The notes beneath the pieces were generated by a model that saw only the letters and a list, made by a program, of their open reading frames with translations, ran no database searches and was not told the origin of the DNA. A program made the position numbers and the translations under genes. A DNA stretch of 54,070 nt from Ferruginibacter sp. GTDB taxonomy: Bacteria; Bacteroidota; Bacteroidia; Chitinophagales; Chitinophagaceae. Location of the stretch: the NCBI GenBank assembly GCA_044238165.1, contig JBIIDU010000001.1:1-54070 (forward strand), given 5' to 3'. This document shows positions 38,763-49,406 of this stretch, in pieces (positions within the stretch are counted from its first letter, which is position 1; the number at the start of each line of letters is the position of its first letter).

Positions 38763-40466
38763 TTATTTGATATCGATGGTCTGCTCATCGCCACCGTCAA
38801 TGATCAAGTTGGTTGTAATGCGGTCGGCGGAAATACCCTGCTGCTCGATCAGATAGGCTTTCAGCATATCCAACTTGCGGCCGGCGAGTGCCTGGTTGCG
38901 CTTGTCGGCCCGGGGATAACCAGTGAGTGTAATGGCACAAGTGGGGTTGGCCTTCAGTTTGCTGACCACACTCGCCAACAGGGATTTGTTCTCGGCGCTG
39001 ATGCTGGCCTTGCTCATCCGGATGCTGGGGTAATCGGTAGGGCAGTTGGCCGCATTTCCACCTGCAACTCCACCACTGGATACCGTTTTCTGCAATTCGG
39101 CACAGCAGGGGACATCAGGGCACTTTCCAACTCCGTCGGCGTCTACCGGCTGGCATTCGGTAGGAGTAATCAATTGCTTGTCTTTACAATCAGGAACACC
39201 ATCGCCATCGGTATCTTTTGTAACACCGTGGGCATCTACAGGGCATCCGGAAGGCGTATTGGGTTCGCGGTCGAGTTGGTCGATGACCCCGTCGCCATCA
39301 GCATCTTCAAATACCGGCTTGGGAAGTTTCATGTGCCTGGGGTTGTTCAACTCGCTGTAGGCGTAATCGAGGGGATTCAGCCACCATAAGGGTTCAACGG
39401 CCTTCGCGCCAACGTTCACATTGATGCCGAGCGATGTGAAATTATAAGAGTCGTAATCGCGGGTCAGCACTACGTCTCCCTTTGCATGCACCTGCCATTG
39501 TTGGCCGTCGAGCAGGTCCGATTTGACAAATGTGTGACGGTTCTCGAGCGAAAGGTTGATACGCTTGCCCAGACGGTAAGTGACGCCCAGCAAAACAGTT
39601 CCTGAAGGCCGGACGGTATTCTTACCCATACTCCCGCGACGATCGCTTTCTGATTGTCCTGCGGTTTCGTAGGAATTATCCATGCCCCCTTTGAGGCGGC
39701 TGAAGATGCTCTTTTTGTCGGAGAGGTTCGCATCCAGGCCACCGGTACCCGAATTGATGATGGAATTGAAAAGACTCGTGTAGTTGTTTCCGTTAGCATC
39801 AAGCGCGTTCACCATGACATGATAGGCGGTGATGCCGATACCGCCGCCGCCATACAACAGAAAATTACTTTGCTGCTTGTGGAACCGGACATTGTTCAAC
39901 GTGATGATGCCCTGAAGGGAGAGGTCTTGTACCTGGGTCTTGTAGTTGTGGTAAATCATCTGCGGCACACCGCCGTTGAGCGCGGGGCTTAAGGTGGAAA
40001 AATTCCCCAAATTGTCTCGGTAGAAGGCATTATATCCCTTACCGTTGGGCAAATTGCCCGTTGCGACGGCAGGCACACTTGCATCCAACCATGCTGGATT
40101 CTTTATCGTAACCGCGGAAGGTTGCCAGCTGAGGCCTTTGGCCGTTCCGTTCATGTACTGGAGACGCAATGAGAATTTATACCCCAGCGATTTGCGCACA
40201 TGTGCTTCAAAACCGAAAGTAGGCAGCACTGTGGAAACGTCTCCGCTGACTGCCAACATTCCCAATGATGCACCCACTTCCCACATATTCCTAGGTCTTG
40301 CCGGGAAGTTATAGGTATTGTTCAGAAACTCGGCCTGCTGCGGACGGTTTTTCGATGTGATGTACACGGAATCATAAGCCCCACCTTTATACTGGGCACG
40401 GAGGTCATTTAACAGTCCAAACAGGCCTACAAGGGAAAAAGCAATGGGAAAGATGCTGCGCTTCAT
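38763..40466 (-). CDS. OmpA-family outer membrane protein with TSP3-like Ca-binding repeats
   Basis: Signal peptide (ATG 40466), beta-barrel-like N-terminal region, DADGDGVIDQLD / DTDGDGVPDCKD repeats, degenerate C-terminal OmpA-like domain (LIEQQGISADRI). Confidence 0.8.
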   Translation of the reverse strand: MKRSIFPIAFSLVGLFGLLNDLRAQYKGGAYDSVYITSKNRPQQAEFLNNTYNFPARPRNMWEVGASLGMLAVSGDVSTVLPTFGFEAHVRKSLGYKFSLRLQYMNGTAKGLSWQPSAVTIKNPAWLDASVPAVATGNLPNGKGYNAFYRDNLGNFSTLSPALNGGVPQMIYHNYKTQVQDLSLQGIITLNNVRFHKQQSNFLLYGGGGIGITAYHVMVNALDANGNNYTSLFNSIINSGTGGLDANLSDKKSIFSRLKGGMDNSYETAGQSESDRRGSMGKNTVRPSGTVLLGVTYRLGKRINLSLENRHTFVKSDLLDGQQWQVHAKGDVVLTRDYDSYNFTSLGINVNVGAKAVEPLWWLNPLDYAYSELNNPRHMKLPKPVFEDADGDGVIDQLDREPNTPSGCPVDAHGVTKDTDGDGVPDCKDKQLITPTECQPVDADGVGKCPDVPCCAELQKTVSSGGVAGGNAANCPTDYPSIRMSKASISAENKSLLASVVSKLKANPTCAITLTGYPRADKRNQALAGRKLDMLKAYLIEQQGISADRITTNLIIDGGDEQTIDIK

Positions 40467-40998
40467 AAAAGTTAGTTTCACTTAAATAGCTTTAATGTCA
40501 TTTCAGTAAGTAATCTAGCCGTCTTCAACAACAACACACTGCAGTGAGTCTTAACGGAGAGTTTCATTTTCAGGGGAAGGAATTAGCCCTCAAAAACAGG
40601 CTATTAGCAAAAAAAATGCCATTAGACCGTTTTTCAGTTTGTAAATGTATATTTTTTTTGTGGCAAGCACAAGCCGGGGAGTGTTTTTTTGATAAATTAT
40701 TTAATTATTAATTCTTTCCCTTTGCATCAGGAATTTCATCCCGGGTCTCTATATGGAAGCTAAAAATTTCACCTTTTTGCACGGGTTGGCTCAAGATTTT
40801 ATGAAAGACATAAACTATATACTATTATTTATAGAAATTTAATTAAGATTGTTTTATAAGCATTTATACATTTAATTTTTCAATACAACTTTGCCCTGTT
40901 TGATGCTGAATAACTATGGGAGCTGATGTGTTCACGGTTTCTTTTACTCAACCGTGAATGTTTCTCCACAAAAAATTAACTTCGCCAAAAAGATTTCC

Positions 40999-41712
40999 AT
41001 GCTGCCCAAGTACAAACGTATTCTGCTCAAACTTTCCGGTGAATCCCTGATGGGCGACAAGAATTTCGGGCTCGACAGCGATGTGATTTCGCGCTATGCG
41101 CAGGACATCAAATCCATCACTGACCTTGGTGTGCAGGTAGCCATCGTGATCGGCGGAGGAAATATCTACCGCGGCATGAATGAGGCCGAAACAGGAATCG
41201 AACGGGCCCAGGGCGATTATATGGGCATGCTTGCCACCGTCATCAACGGCATGGCCTTGCAGAGCGGTCTTGAAAAAGCAGGGGTATTCACCCGACTGCA
41301 AAGCGCCATCAAGATGGAGCAAATCGCCGAACCCTACATCCGCCGGCGCGCCATCAGGCACCTGGAAAAAGGCCGTGTGGTCATTTTCGGTGCAGGAACC
41401 GGCAACCCTTATTTCACCACCGACACTGCCGGATCGTTGCGTGCCATTGAAATCAAGGCGGAAGTCATTCTGAAAGGCACTAGGGTCGATGGTGTTTATT
41501 CTGCCGACCCCGAAAAAGACAACAAAGCCACCCGGTTCGGAAAAATCTCCTTCAGCGACTGCATCAGCAAGAATCTGAAAGTGATGGACATGACCGCTTT
41601 CACCCTGTGCATGGAAAACAAGTTGCCCATCATCGTATTCAACATGAACAAAGGCGGCAACCTGCGCAAAGTCGTTACGGGTGAGAAAGTAGGCACGCTG
41701 GTCAGCAGCTGA
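40999..41712 (+). CDS. pyrH: Uridylate kinase
   Basis: [48 protein letters not shown]; ATG at 40999. Confidence 0.97.
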   Translation: MLPKYKRILLKLSGESLMGDKNFGLDSDVISRYAQDIKSITDLGVQVAIVIGGGNIYRGMNEAETGIERAQGDYMGMLATVINGMALQSGLEKAGVFTRLQSAIKMEQIAEPYIRRRAIRHLEKGRVVIFGAGTGNPYFTTDTAGSLRAIEIKAEVILKGTRVDGVYSADPEKDNKATRFGKISFSDCISKNLKVMDMTAFTLCMENKLPIIVFNMNKGGNLRKVVTGEKVGTLVSS

Positions 41713-41751
41713 CCCTCCCGAAATCCTCATCCGGCAAAATAACAGCAGCAC

Positions 41752-42261
41752 ATGAATCCAACCAGCGCAAGCGAACTCGTGGAGAAATTGAAACGCATGG
41801 TGAGTGAAAGCCATAGCATTGCCGCACAGCTGGAGGAATACCAGAGAATCATCAAAACAAAAGACGAAGAAATCGAATTCCTGCAAACCATGCTCGATGA
41901 GAGCCATGCCAGCAACAGCACGCTCGAAAACAGGCTCGAGGAACTCGAAAACCTGAAAGAGAAACTCATCGAACTCGACACAGGAACCGTAACCGACGTT
42001 GAAGACCCTCATCATGTCAGGCCGCAATCATATCGGGAGGTTCCTGCACCAGACCGCAGCAATGAACTGGATGAACTCCGGCAAAAAAACAATGAGTTGC
42101 AAGCAAGACTTGACGATATGCACAATCATATGTTGCTGCTGAAACGCGAAGCCATGACAGCCCTCCGGTACAAGCAGCGCATCGGTGAACTGGAATCGCG
42201 GCTCGCAGCCCTGGAGCCCCTGGAGCCGGAAAAAGAAAATAAGGAAACATCCGCATCATGA
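41752..42261 (+). CDS. Hypothetical coiled-coil protein
   Basis: 169 aa, E/L/K-rich heptads; ATGA overlap with pdxH. Confidence 0.7.
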   Translation: MNPTSASELVEKLKRMVSESHSIAAQLEEYQRIIKTKDEEIEFLQTMLDESHASNSTLENRLEELENLKEKLIELDTGTVTDVEDPHHVRPQSYREVPAPDRSNELDELRQKNNELQARLDDMHNHMLLLKREAMTALRYKQRIGELESRLAALEPLEPEKENKETSAS

Positions 42262-42902
42262 ATGATATCGCCGCCATCCGGAAAGATTACCGGTTGCAGT
42301 CGCTCAACGAAACGGATGCGGACCCCAACCCCATAAGGCAATTCGACCGCTGGTGGCAGGATGCACTCCTGAGCCGGATCGATGAAGTCAATGCCATGAC
42401 CCTGGTGACAGCCACTCCAGACGGAAAACCATCGGCCCGGATTGTGCTGCTGAAAGGATTTGACAATAAGGGGTTTACTTTCTTCACCAATTACGAAAGC
42501 AGAAAAGGGCAGGAACTTTTGCTGAATCCCCAAACCGCATTGGTTTTTTTCTGGAAAGAGCTGGAGCGTCAGATCCGGATAGAAGGAAGTGCCGAAAAAC
42601 TTTCAGCAGATGAAAGCGATGCTTATTTCAAGTCAAGGCCGGCCGACAGCAGGCTCGGCGCCTGGAGCTCTCCTCAAAGCGCCGTCATCGGAAACCGCGA
42701 TGTCCTCGAAAAAAACATGAGGGCATTAAAAGCAAAGTACTCCTACGATGACATACCGCGTCCCCCGCACTGGGGCGGTTATCGTGTTGTTCCTTCACTG
42801 ATCGAATTTTGGCAAGGCCGGGAAAGCAGGCTGCATGATCGGCTGCAATACAAATGGGATGCAGGAACGGAAAATTGGTCGCGGGTGCGGCTGGCGCCTT
42901 GA
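42258..42902 (+). CDS. pdxH: Pyridoxamine 5'-phosphate oxidase
   Basis: RIVLLKG, FFTNYESRKG, RQIRIEG, PPHWGGY, EFWQGRESRLHDR, RLAP. Confidence 0.97.
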   Translation: MNDIAAIRKDYRLQSLNETDADPNPIRQFDRWWQDALLSRIDEVNAMTLVTATPDGKPSARIVLLKGFDNKGFTFFTNYESRKGQELLLNPQTALVFFWKELERQIRIEGSAEKLSADESDAYFKSRPADSRLGAWSSPQSAVIGNRDVLEKNMRALKAKYSYDDIPRPPHWGGYRVVPSLIEFWQGRESRLHDRLQYKWDAGTENWSRVRLAP

Positions 42903-42909
42903 AAATCCC

Positions 42910-42983
42910 AGCCCCGGAGGGGCGACATATCAATAGCCCCATCGGGGTGGCATATCAATAACCCATCGGGGCGACATTATAAT
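42910..42983 (+). repeat. Three REP-like palindromic units (~25-bp period) upstream of tnpA
   Basis: AGCCCCggaGGGGCGACAT, AGCCCCatcGGGGTGGCAT, AACCCatcGGGGCGACAT. Confidence 0.85.
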
Positions 42984-43010
42984 AACGACACGGCATAAAA
43001 AATTTTACAC

Positions 43011-43472
43011 ATGGCAAACACATATAGCCAGATATATCTGCAAATAGTCTTTGCGGTAAAAGGCCGGAAAAGCCTGATTGATAAAAAATGGAGAGACGAA
43101 TTGTACCAATACATCTGCGGAATCGTGTCCGGCAAAGAGCAAAAAGTATTCGCCATCGGTGGAATAGCAGACCATATCCATCTGCTGGTCAGCATCAAAC
43201 CCAACATCGCTGTTTCCGATTTGGTTCGGGATATCAAGGCCAATTCATCAAAATGGATCAATGAGAAGGGATTTGTTTCCGGACAATTCCAGTGGCAGGA
43301 AGGTTTTGGTGCGTTTTCCTATGCCAAGGCCCAATTGGATACGGTTATTGCCTATATCAACAACCAAGAGGAACATCATAGCGAGAAAACATTCAGGAAA
43401 GAATATATCGAACTGCTGGAAAAATTCGATATCGAATACAGGGATGAATATCTTTTCGATTCGGTGGATTGA
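43011..43472 (+). mobile_element. tnpA: IS200/IS605-family Y1 (HUH) transposase, RAYT-like; no tnpB
   Basis: 153 aa; HUH motif DHIHLL, WQEGFGAFS, catalytic Tyr in YINNQEEHH; flanked by multiple palindromes. Confidence 0.9.
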
Positions 43473-43505
43473 TTGAATATGCCGATACTGTTAAAACGAC
43501 ATTAT

Positions 43506-43607
43506 TATTTCGCCCCTCGGGGGCTATTAACATGCCGCTCCTACGGAGCTATTTATGATGCCGCCCCGCTGGGGCTATTATTATTTCGCTCCTACTCCTA
43601 CGGAGCT
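43506..43607 (-). repeat. Four REP-like palindromic units downstream of tnpA, inverted relative to the upstream set
   Basis: Reverse complements read AGCCCCcgaGGGGCGAAAT, AGCTCCgtaGGAGCGGCAT, AGCCCCagcGGGGCGGCAT, AGCTCCgtaGGAG(TAGGAG)CGAAAT. Confidence 0.88.
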
Positions 43608-43617
43608 TTGCTAAGAT

Positions 43618-43731
43618 TTATTTCTCGGCTTTTTTAGGAGCCGCCTTCTTTTTGGTCTTTGCAGGCCTGGATTTACCGAAAGAAGCTTTGGTGATTTTAC
43701 CTTTTTTTGTTTTGATGTCTCCGCGTCCCAT
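43618..43731 (-). CDS. 30S ribosomal protein THX (bTHX/S31)
   Basis: 37 aa MGRGDIKTKKGKITKASFGKSRP..., matching the MG(K/R)GDxxTxxGKIxxxSFGxxRP pattern. Confidence 0.88.
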   Translation of the reverse strand: MGRGDIKTKKGKITKASFGKSRPAKTKKKAAPKKAEK

Positions 43732-43801
43732 GTGGCTGTGTTTGAGTTTGATGGATGATTGAATCCGGAATGAATGAGGGAATGGTATTTGTTGAATATC
43801 A

Positions 43802-43831
43802 AAGAGCAAGGCATTGACCGGCCTTGCTCTT
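43802..43831 (-). terminator. Stem-loop / probable terminator after HU
   Basis: 11-bp stem AAGAGCAAGGC-N8-GCCTTGCTCTT, short T tail. Confidence 0.6.
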
Positions 43832-43852
43832 CAAATGATTTTTTGGACTGCA

Positions 43853-44122
43853 TTACAGTTTGGCCGATAACTCCTTGCCTGCTTTGAAGCGGGCAACTTT
43901 TTTCGCCTTGATTTTGATCACGGCGCCAGTCTGGGGGTTACGACCATTGCGGGCAGCTCTTTTGGTAACGGAGAAAGTTCCGAAACCTACCAGAGTCACC
44001 TTGTCACCTTTTTTCAGTGAGCGGGTTACTGCATCCACAAAAGCATCCAAAGCGGCATTGCCTTGTGCTTTGGAGATACCTGCGTCATCAGCCATTTTTG
44101 CAACTAATTCTGCTTTGTTCAT
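43853..44122 (-). CDS. hup: DNA-binding protein HU
   Basis: [33 protein letters not shown]. Confidence 0.97.
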   Translation of the reverse strand: MNKAELVAKMADDAGISKAQGNAALDAFVDAVTRSLKKGDKVTLVGFGTFSVTKRAARNGRNPQTGAVIKIKAKKVARFKAGKELSAKL

Positions 44123-44152
44123 AATAATGATTTGATGTTTTTAATAACAAGA

Positions 44153-44182
44153 CAAATATAGACGCTTTTTGATTGCGGCAAA
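44153..44182 (-). promoter_or_regulatory. Promoter of HU
   Basis: TTTG-N18-TATATTTG on the minus strand, 30 nt before the ATG. Confidence 0.7.
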
Positions 44183-44418
44183 ATTTTCCAAAGCCGGGTA
44201 CGGAAACCGAAAATTCCCTGAAATCCGCAATAATCAAGGATTTGGGCCGCTTCCGCTCTCTCCCGAACCACATAAGCTTCACAGAGTCGTAACCCGAAAA
44301 TCCGCCACAGGACTGAATTTCAGGAGTCAAAACGCTGTAATCCGCTCCCCTCCTGCATTTCAGCAACTAAACAAAAAATCGTAACTGCCAAAAATGAATG
44401 TGGAAATGTTTTTCACAG

Positions 44419-44724
44419 TCAGTTGATAACTTGAAGCAGGCTCCGGAACGCGATAAACCGGTCGCCCCAGCGGTCAAACGATTTTTGCCGTAATGCAGGG
44501 GCGAACTTTTCAACGTACCGATCGTAATCGTCCCTTCCCGGGGCCAGGTACTGTACCGAAAAAGTAGGTCCTTCCGTATCGTCGGTTTCCAATAGCCGGC
44601 AAATGGTGGCTTTTTTAAAACAACCGGTGGCCAGCACTTCAGGCACATGTTCCTGCTGCAGCCAGTCGAGCCAGTCCTGCTGGATGGAGGCAACAACTTT
44701 GATGGTCACATTGTAAATAAGCAT
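44419..44724 (-). CDS. DUF4286 family protein
   Basis: 101 aa; MLIYNVT, WLDWLQQEHVPEVLATGCF, TFSVQY, AFRSLL. Confidence 0.8.
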   Translation of the reverse strand: MLIYNVTIKVVASIQQDWLDWLQQEHVPEVLATGCFKKATICRLLETDDTEGPTFSVQYLAPGRDDYDRYVEKFAPALRQKSFDRWGDRFIAFRSLLQVIN

Positions 44725-44757
44725 ACCGTTTCGGATTTTTAGGAAAGCATATCCCGC

Positions 44758-45528
44758 TCAATCTTTCAGTTCCAGATACACCGGACAGTGGTCGCTGTGC
44801 TTCACATCGGGAAAGATATCGGCCCGCACGATCTGTTTGTCGAGCGGTGTAGTCACCAGTATATAATCGATGCGCCAGCCCTTGTTGTTCAGGCGCACGC
44901 TCGGAAAACGCTGGCTCCACCAGCTGTAGCGGTGCGGTTCATCTGCGTGCATATGGCGAAAGGTGTCGGTCCATCCCGAACCCAGCAACTTGGTCATCCA
45001 TTCCCGTTCAGCCGGCAAAAATCCGGTCGAGTTCTTGTTGCCTTTCGGATCATGGATATCGATTTCACGGTGGGCGATATTGTAATCGCCGCACAGGAGC
45101 AGTTTGGGGTTCCGGGCCTTCATCTTTTCCAGCCAGGGAAAAAAATCATCAAGCCACTTGTACTTGAAATCCTGCCGCTCCTCACCGCTGGTTCCGCTCG
45201 GGAAATACGCATTGATGATGTGGATACCGCCGATATCGGCACGGATGACGCGTCCCTCCTCATCAGAAGGACCATGCCCGTTTCCGTATTCGATTTTGTC
45301 CGGTTCGATGCGGGTCAATATCGCCACACCGCTGTACCCCTTTTTGCCCGCACTGAACCAGTAATGCTTGTATCCGGCCGCTTCAATGGGGCCGACGTCA
45401 ATATCCTCTAATCGGGCCTTGGTTTCCTGCAGGCAGATGATATCGGCCGGATGCGTGGCAAGCCATTCCGAAAATCCTTTTTTCATGGCAGCCCGGATAC
45501 CGTTCACGTTATAAGAAATGATACGCAT
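44758..45528 (-). CDS. xth: Exodeoxyribonuclease III / AP endonuclease
   Basis: SYNVNGIRA, CLQETK, GYSGVA, GDYNIAH, GWRIDY, SDHCP. Confidence 0.96.
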   Translation of the reverse strand: MRIISYNVNGIRAAMKKGFSEWLATHPADIICLQETKARLEDIDVGPIEAAGYKHYWFSAGKKGYSGVAILTRIEPDKIEYGNGHGPSDEEGRVIRADIGGIHIINAYFPSGTSGEERQDFKYKWLDDFFPWLEKMKARNPKLLLCGDYNIAHREIDIHDPKGNKNSTGFLPAEREWMTKLLGSGWTDTFRHMHADEPHRYSWWSQRFPSVRLNNKGWRIDYILVTTPLDKQIVRADIFPDVKHSDHCPVYLELKD

Positions 45529-45614
45529 GAAGTTCGATTTTCAATCCAGGTTCAAATTTCAAGATAAGGTATTGGCATAGGTGCCCGATAAACCAATAGT
45601 TTTCCGGAAGCGCA

Positions 45615-48332
45615 TCATTCAAGTACCGGCCGAAGCCACTTCACCGCAGTCTCCCGGTCCATTCCCTTTCGGGCGGCATAATCATCAAGCTGGTCGTAGT
45701 CAATCTTACCCAACCCGAAATATTTACTTTCAGGATGCGCGAAATACCAGCCACAGACACTGCTTGCCGGATACATGGCCAGCGATTCGGTCAACCGGAT
45801 GCCGGTTGTCTTTTCTCCGCCCAGCCATTCGAACAATTTATATTTTTCCGTGTGGTCAGGGCAGGCCGGGTAACCCGGAGCCGGACGAATGCCCACATAC
45901 TGCTCCCGAATGAGCGCTTCACCGGAAAGTGCTTCCTGATGTGCATAGCCCCAATAGGTGACGCGCACCTGCAGGTGCAGCCATTCAGCCAGCGCCTCCG
46001 CCAGACGGTCGGCCAGGGCTTGCAGCATGATTTTATTGTAATCGTCGTGTGCCGCTTCAAATCGTTCCACATGCGGTTCGATGCCGGCGATGGTGACGGC
46101 AAAAGCGCCCATATAGTCGCGCAAACCACTTTCGGACGGAGCGATGAAATCGGCGAGCGAAAAATTCGGCTGTCCGGCGGCCTTGTTGAGTTGTTGCCGG
46201 AGAAACTCGAGCCCCATTGCAGGAGTACCAGCTTCATCATACAACGTCACCGTGTCGCTGCCGGTGCGGTTTGCGGGTCGGAAACCGATGGTTGCCCTGG
46301 GTTCCAGCCATTCTTCCGCAATGATCTTGTCGAGCAGCAAATTGGCATCTTCAAAAAGTTTTTGAGCAGCCGATCCGATGACGGGGTCTTTCAGCAGAGC
46401 CGGAAATTTGCCATGCATCTCCCAGGCAATGAAGAAGGGTTGCCAGTCAATATATTCGCGAAGTGTTTCCAAAGCGATGGGCCCGATCGGTTTCGATCCA
46501 AAAAATGTGGGCACGACCGGTTTGTAACTGCCCCAGTCCGGTGCCATACCGCGCTCTGCAGCCTGCACATAGGGCAGCAGTTGCTTCACTGTTTTCTTGT
46601 CGTGGAAATCGTGCCGGAGCTTTCCATACTCCTCGTGCAGTTTGATGAGGAAATTGTCGCGCTGCTTTTCCTGCAACAGACTACCGGCAACGGTCACGCT
46701 GCGTGAGGCATCGGTTACATGGATCACTCCGTGGCCATAACGTGGAGCTATTTTCACGGCAGTATGCATGCGCGAAGTGGTAGCCCCGCCAATGAGCAGA
46801 GGCTGTTTCATTCCCCGCCGCGTCATCTCTTCCGCCACATGCACCATCTCATCGAGCGATGGGGTGATCAGCCCGCTGAGTCCGATGATATCGGCGCCAA
46901 AAGCCTGTGCCTCATCGAGTATCTTGTCGGCAGGCACCATTACGCCCAGGTCGCGGATGGTATAACCGTTGCAACCCAGCACCACGCCCACAATATTCTT
47001 CCCGATGTCGTGCACATCGCCCTTCACCGTAGCCAGCAATATTTTGGCGGCCCCGGCTGTTTCCGTTTCAGCCAGCCCTTCCTCTTTCCTTGCCTGCATC
47101 CGGTCGAACTTTTCCTGTTCGATATACGGGGTAAGTACAGCCACGCTCTTTTTCATCACGCGGGCGCTTTTCACCACCTGCGGCAAAAACATTTTTCCCG
47201 AAGCGAACAGGTCACCCACCTCGTTCATACCCGCCATCAGCGGACCCTCGATCACATCCAGCGGGCGGGGGTATTGTTGCCGGGCTTCCTCAGTATCGGC
47301 ATCGATATGGGTGGTGATTCCGTTGATGAGCGCATGCTTGAGCCGATCCTCCACCGGAGCGCTGCGCCAAACCTCGTCTTTCACTTCCACCTTGCCCTCT
47401 GCCTTCACAGTTTCAGCAAAAACGATCAATTGTTCCGTGGCCGCATTGTTATCGTTGTTGCGGTTGAGTATCACCGCCTCGCACAGGTCGCGCAGCTTGG
47501 GCTCGATCTGGTTATAAACAACCAGCTGACCCGCATTCACAATGCCCATGTCCATACCGGCCCGAATGGCGTGGTATAGGAACACGCTGTGCATTGCTTC
47601 GCGCACATGGTCGTTGCCGCGGAAGGAAAAGGAAAGATTACTGACTCCGCCGCTCACTTTTACATGCGGCATCAGCTTTTTGATTTCGCGGGTAGCTTCA
47701 ATGAAATCGACACCGTAATTGTTATGTTCCTCCAGTCCGGTGGCTACCGCAAAAATGTTCGGATCGAAAATGATGTCCTGGGGCGGAAAGCCCACTTTCT
47801 CGGTAAGCAACTGATAAGCCCGGTGGCAGATGGCCACTTTCCGTTCACGCGTGTCTGCCTGCCCCTGCTCATCGAAGGCCATGACGACCACGGCAGCACC
47901 GTAGAGCCGGCATTTCCGGGCCTGCCTGAGAAACATCTCCTCGCCTTCCTTGAGCGAAATGGAATTTACAATGCTCTTCCCCTGGATGCATTTCAGTCCC
48001 GCCTCTATGATTTCGAACTTGGAGGAGTCGATCATCACGGGAATCTTCGCAATATCCGGTTCGCTTTGCAGGAGGTTGATGAACGTATGCATGGCTTCCA
48101 CCCCGTCGAGCAGGGCATCATCCATGTTCACATCAATGACCTGCGCGCCGTTCTCCACCTGCTGCCGCGCCACGCTCAGCGCCTCCTCATAATTGTTTTC
48201 ACGGATCAGCCGGGCGAATTTTTTTGAACCGGTCACGTTGGTACGCTCCCCGATGTTCACGAAATTGGTTTCCGGCCTTATGACCAGCGGCTCCAATCCG
48301 GAGAAAGAGGTGTAATTGTCTATTTTTCCCAT
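45615..48332 (-). CDS. metH: Cobalamin-dependent methionine synthase, pterin-binding/B12-binding/activation portion
   Basis: 905 aa; [51 protein letters not shown]. Confidence 0.96.
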   Translation of the reverse strand: MGKIDNYTSFSGLEPLVIRPETNFVNIGERTNVTGSKKFARLIRENNYEEALSVARQQVENGAQVIDVNMDDALLDGVEAMHTFINLLQSEPDIAKIPVMIDSSKFEIIEAGLKCIQGKSIVNSISLKEGEEMFLRQARKCRLYGAAVVVMAFDEQGQADTRERKVAICHRAYQLLTEKVGFPPQDIIFDPNIFAVATGLEEHNNYGVDFIEATREIKKLMPHVKVSGGVSNLSFSFRGNDHVREAMHSVFLYHAIRAGMDMGIVNAGQLVVYNQIEPKLRDLCEAVILNRNNDNNAATEQLIVFAETVKAEGKVEVKDEVWRSAPVEDRLKHALINGITTHIDADTEEARQQYPRPLDVIEGPLMAGMNEVGDLFASGKMFLPQVVKSARVMKKSVAVLTPYIEQEKFDRMQARKEEGLAETETAGAAKILLATVKGDVHDIGKNIVGVVLGCNGYTIRDLGVMVPADKILDEAQAFGADIIGLSGLITPSLDEMVHVAEEMTRRGMKQPLLIGGATTSRMHTAVKIAPRYGHGVIHVTDASRSVTVAGSLLQEKQRDNFLIKLHEEYGKLRHDFHDKKTVKQLLPYVQAAERGMAPDWGSYKPVVPTFFGSKPIGPIALETLREYIDWQPFFIAWEMHGKFPALLKDPVIGSAAQKLFEDANLLLDKIIAEEWLEPRATIGFRPANRTGSDTVTLYDEAGTPAMGLEFLRQQLNKAAGQPNFSLADFIAPSESGLRDYMGAFAVTIAGIEPHVERFEAAHDDYNKIMLQALADRLAEALAEWLHLQVRVTYWGYAHQEALSGEALIREQYVGIRPAPGYPACPDHTEKYKLFEWLGGEKTTGIRLTESLAMYPASSVCGWYFAHPESKYFGLGKIDYDQLDDYAARKGMDRETAVKWLRPVLE

Positions 48333-48383
48333 GTCCTACAGTTTCCGGGTGTTCATTTATCAAGAGAATCCATGATCGCTTGC

Positions 48384-49406
48384 TTACTGCTGAAGGGTTT
48401 CCGCCACGGGTATTTTCCGCGGTGGCATTTGTTTCACTTTTTGGGCAATATGGCGGATATGGTCGGGTGTGGTGCCGCAACAACCCCCGACGATATTCAC
48501 AAATCCCGCTGCAGCCCAGTCCTCCAGATAACCGCCCGTGTCTTCAGGGTGTTCATCATATTCGCCCATGGCATTGGGGAGCCCGGCATTGGGATAGGCC
48601 GACACGTAGCAGGAGGCGAGCTGACTCAGTTCCTCAATATGCGGCCGCATCTCTTTTGCACCCAGCGCGCAATTCAGTCCTATGCTCAACGGTTGTGCGT
48701 GCATCACCGATAAATAAAAGGCTTCCAGAGTTTGCCCGCTCAATGTACGCCCGCTCGCATCGGTGATGGTGCCGCTGATCATGATGGGCAGTTCGGGCCG
48801 CTGCTCATCGGCAAAATACTTTTTGATGGCAAAGATGGCTGCCTTGGCGTTCAGTGTATCGAAAACCGTTTCAATCAGCAACAGGTCTACACCTCCCTCC
48901 ACAAGGCCGCCGACCTGTTCGTAATAGGCATCCATGGCCTCATCGAAAGTCATGGCCCTGTAGCCGGGATTGTTCACATCGGGAGAGAGGGACAGGGTTT
49001 TGTTCATGGGCCCGATGGCTCCTGCAACAAAAGCTCCGCCTTTACTTTTACCTTCCGGCGTATTCAAAAAGGCGTCAACAGCCTCACGGGCGACGCGGGC
49101 GGCTGCCACATTCAATTCACGTGCCAGATCTTCCATATGGTAATCGGCCAGTGATATCCGCTGGGCGTTGAAGGTGTTTGTTTCGATGATGTCGGCGCCG
49201 GCTTGGAGGTATTCGGTATGAATGCTGCGGATGATTTGCGGCTGTGTGAGTACCAGAAGGTCGTTATTACCTTTCAGGTCGGAGGACCAGTCTTTGAAGC
49301 GATCTCCTCGGTAGTCGGCTTCCGAAAGTTTGTAGCGCTGGATCATGGTGCCCATGGCTCCGTCGATAACGAGAATTCGCTTTTCCAGTTCTTTTCTGAT
49401 GTCCAT
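48384..49406 (-). CDS. metH: Methionine synthase N-terminal homocysteine S-methyltransferase portion (split metH)
   Basis: [42 protein letters not shown]; ATG at 49406. Confidence 0.94.
   Translation of the reverse strand: MDIRKELEKRILVIDGAMGTMIQRYKLSEADYRGDRFKDWSSDLKGNNDLLVLTQPQIIRSIHTEYLQAGADIIETNTFNAQRISLADYHMEDLARELNVAAARVAREAVDAFLNTPEGKSKGGAFVAGAIGPMNKTLSLSPDVNNPGYRAMTFDEAMDAYYEQVGGLVEGGVDLLLIETVFDTLNAKAAIFAIKKYFADEQRPELPIMISGTITDASGRTLSGQTLEAFYLSVMHAQPLSIGLNCALGAKEMRPHIEELSQLASCYVSAYPNAGLPNAMGEYDEHPEDTGGYLEDWAAAGFVNIVGGCCGTTPDHIRHIAQKVKQMPPRKIPVAETLQQ

Noticed and set aside
38763-38810. IIDGG near the OmpA C-terminus as a possible exosortase sorting signal
   Set aside because: Not followed by a transmembrane helix and basic tail
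40467-40998. AT-rich 530-nt intergenic region as an ncRNA or invertible promoter
   Set aside because: Consistent with divergent ompA/pyrH promoters; no flanking inverted repeats or stable structure seen
42910-43607. Regularly spaced palindromes as a CRISPR array
   Set aside because: Units ~20 bp with only ~5-nt spacers, inverted across a transposase, no cas genes; REP-like instead
48357-48368. TTATCAAGAG between the two metH halves, resembling the start of a SAM-I riboswitch
   Set aside because: Wrong strand, and the downstream SAM-I core (GGAGGGA...GCAACC) is absent
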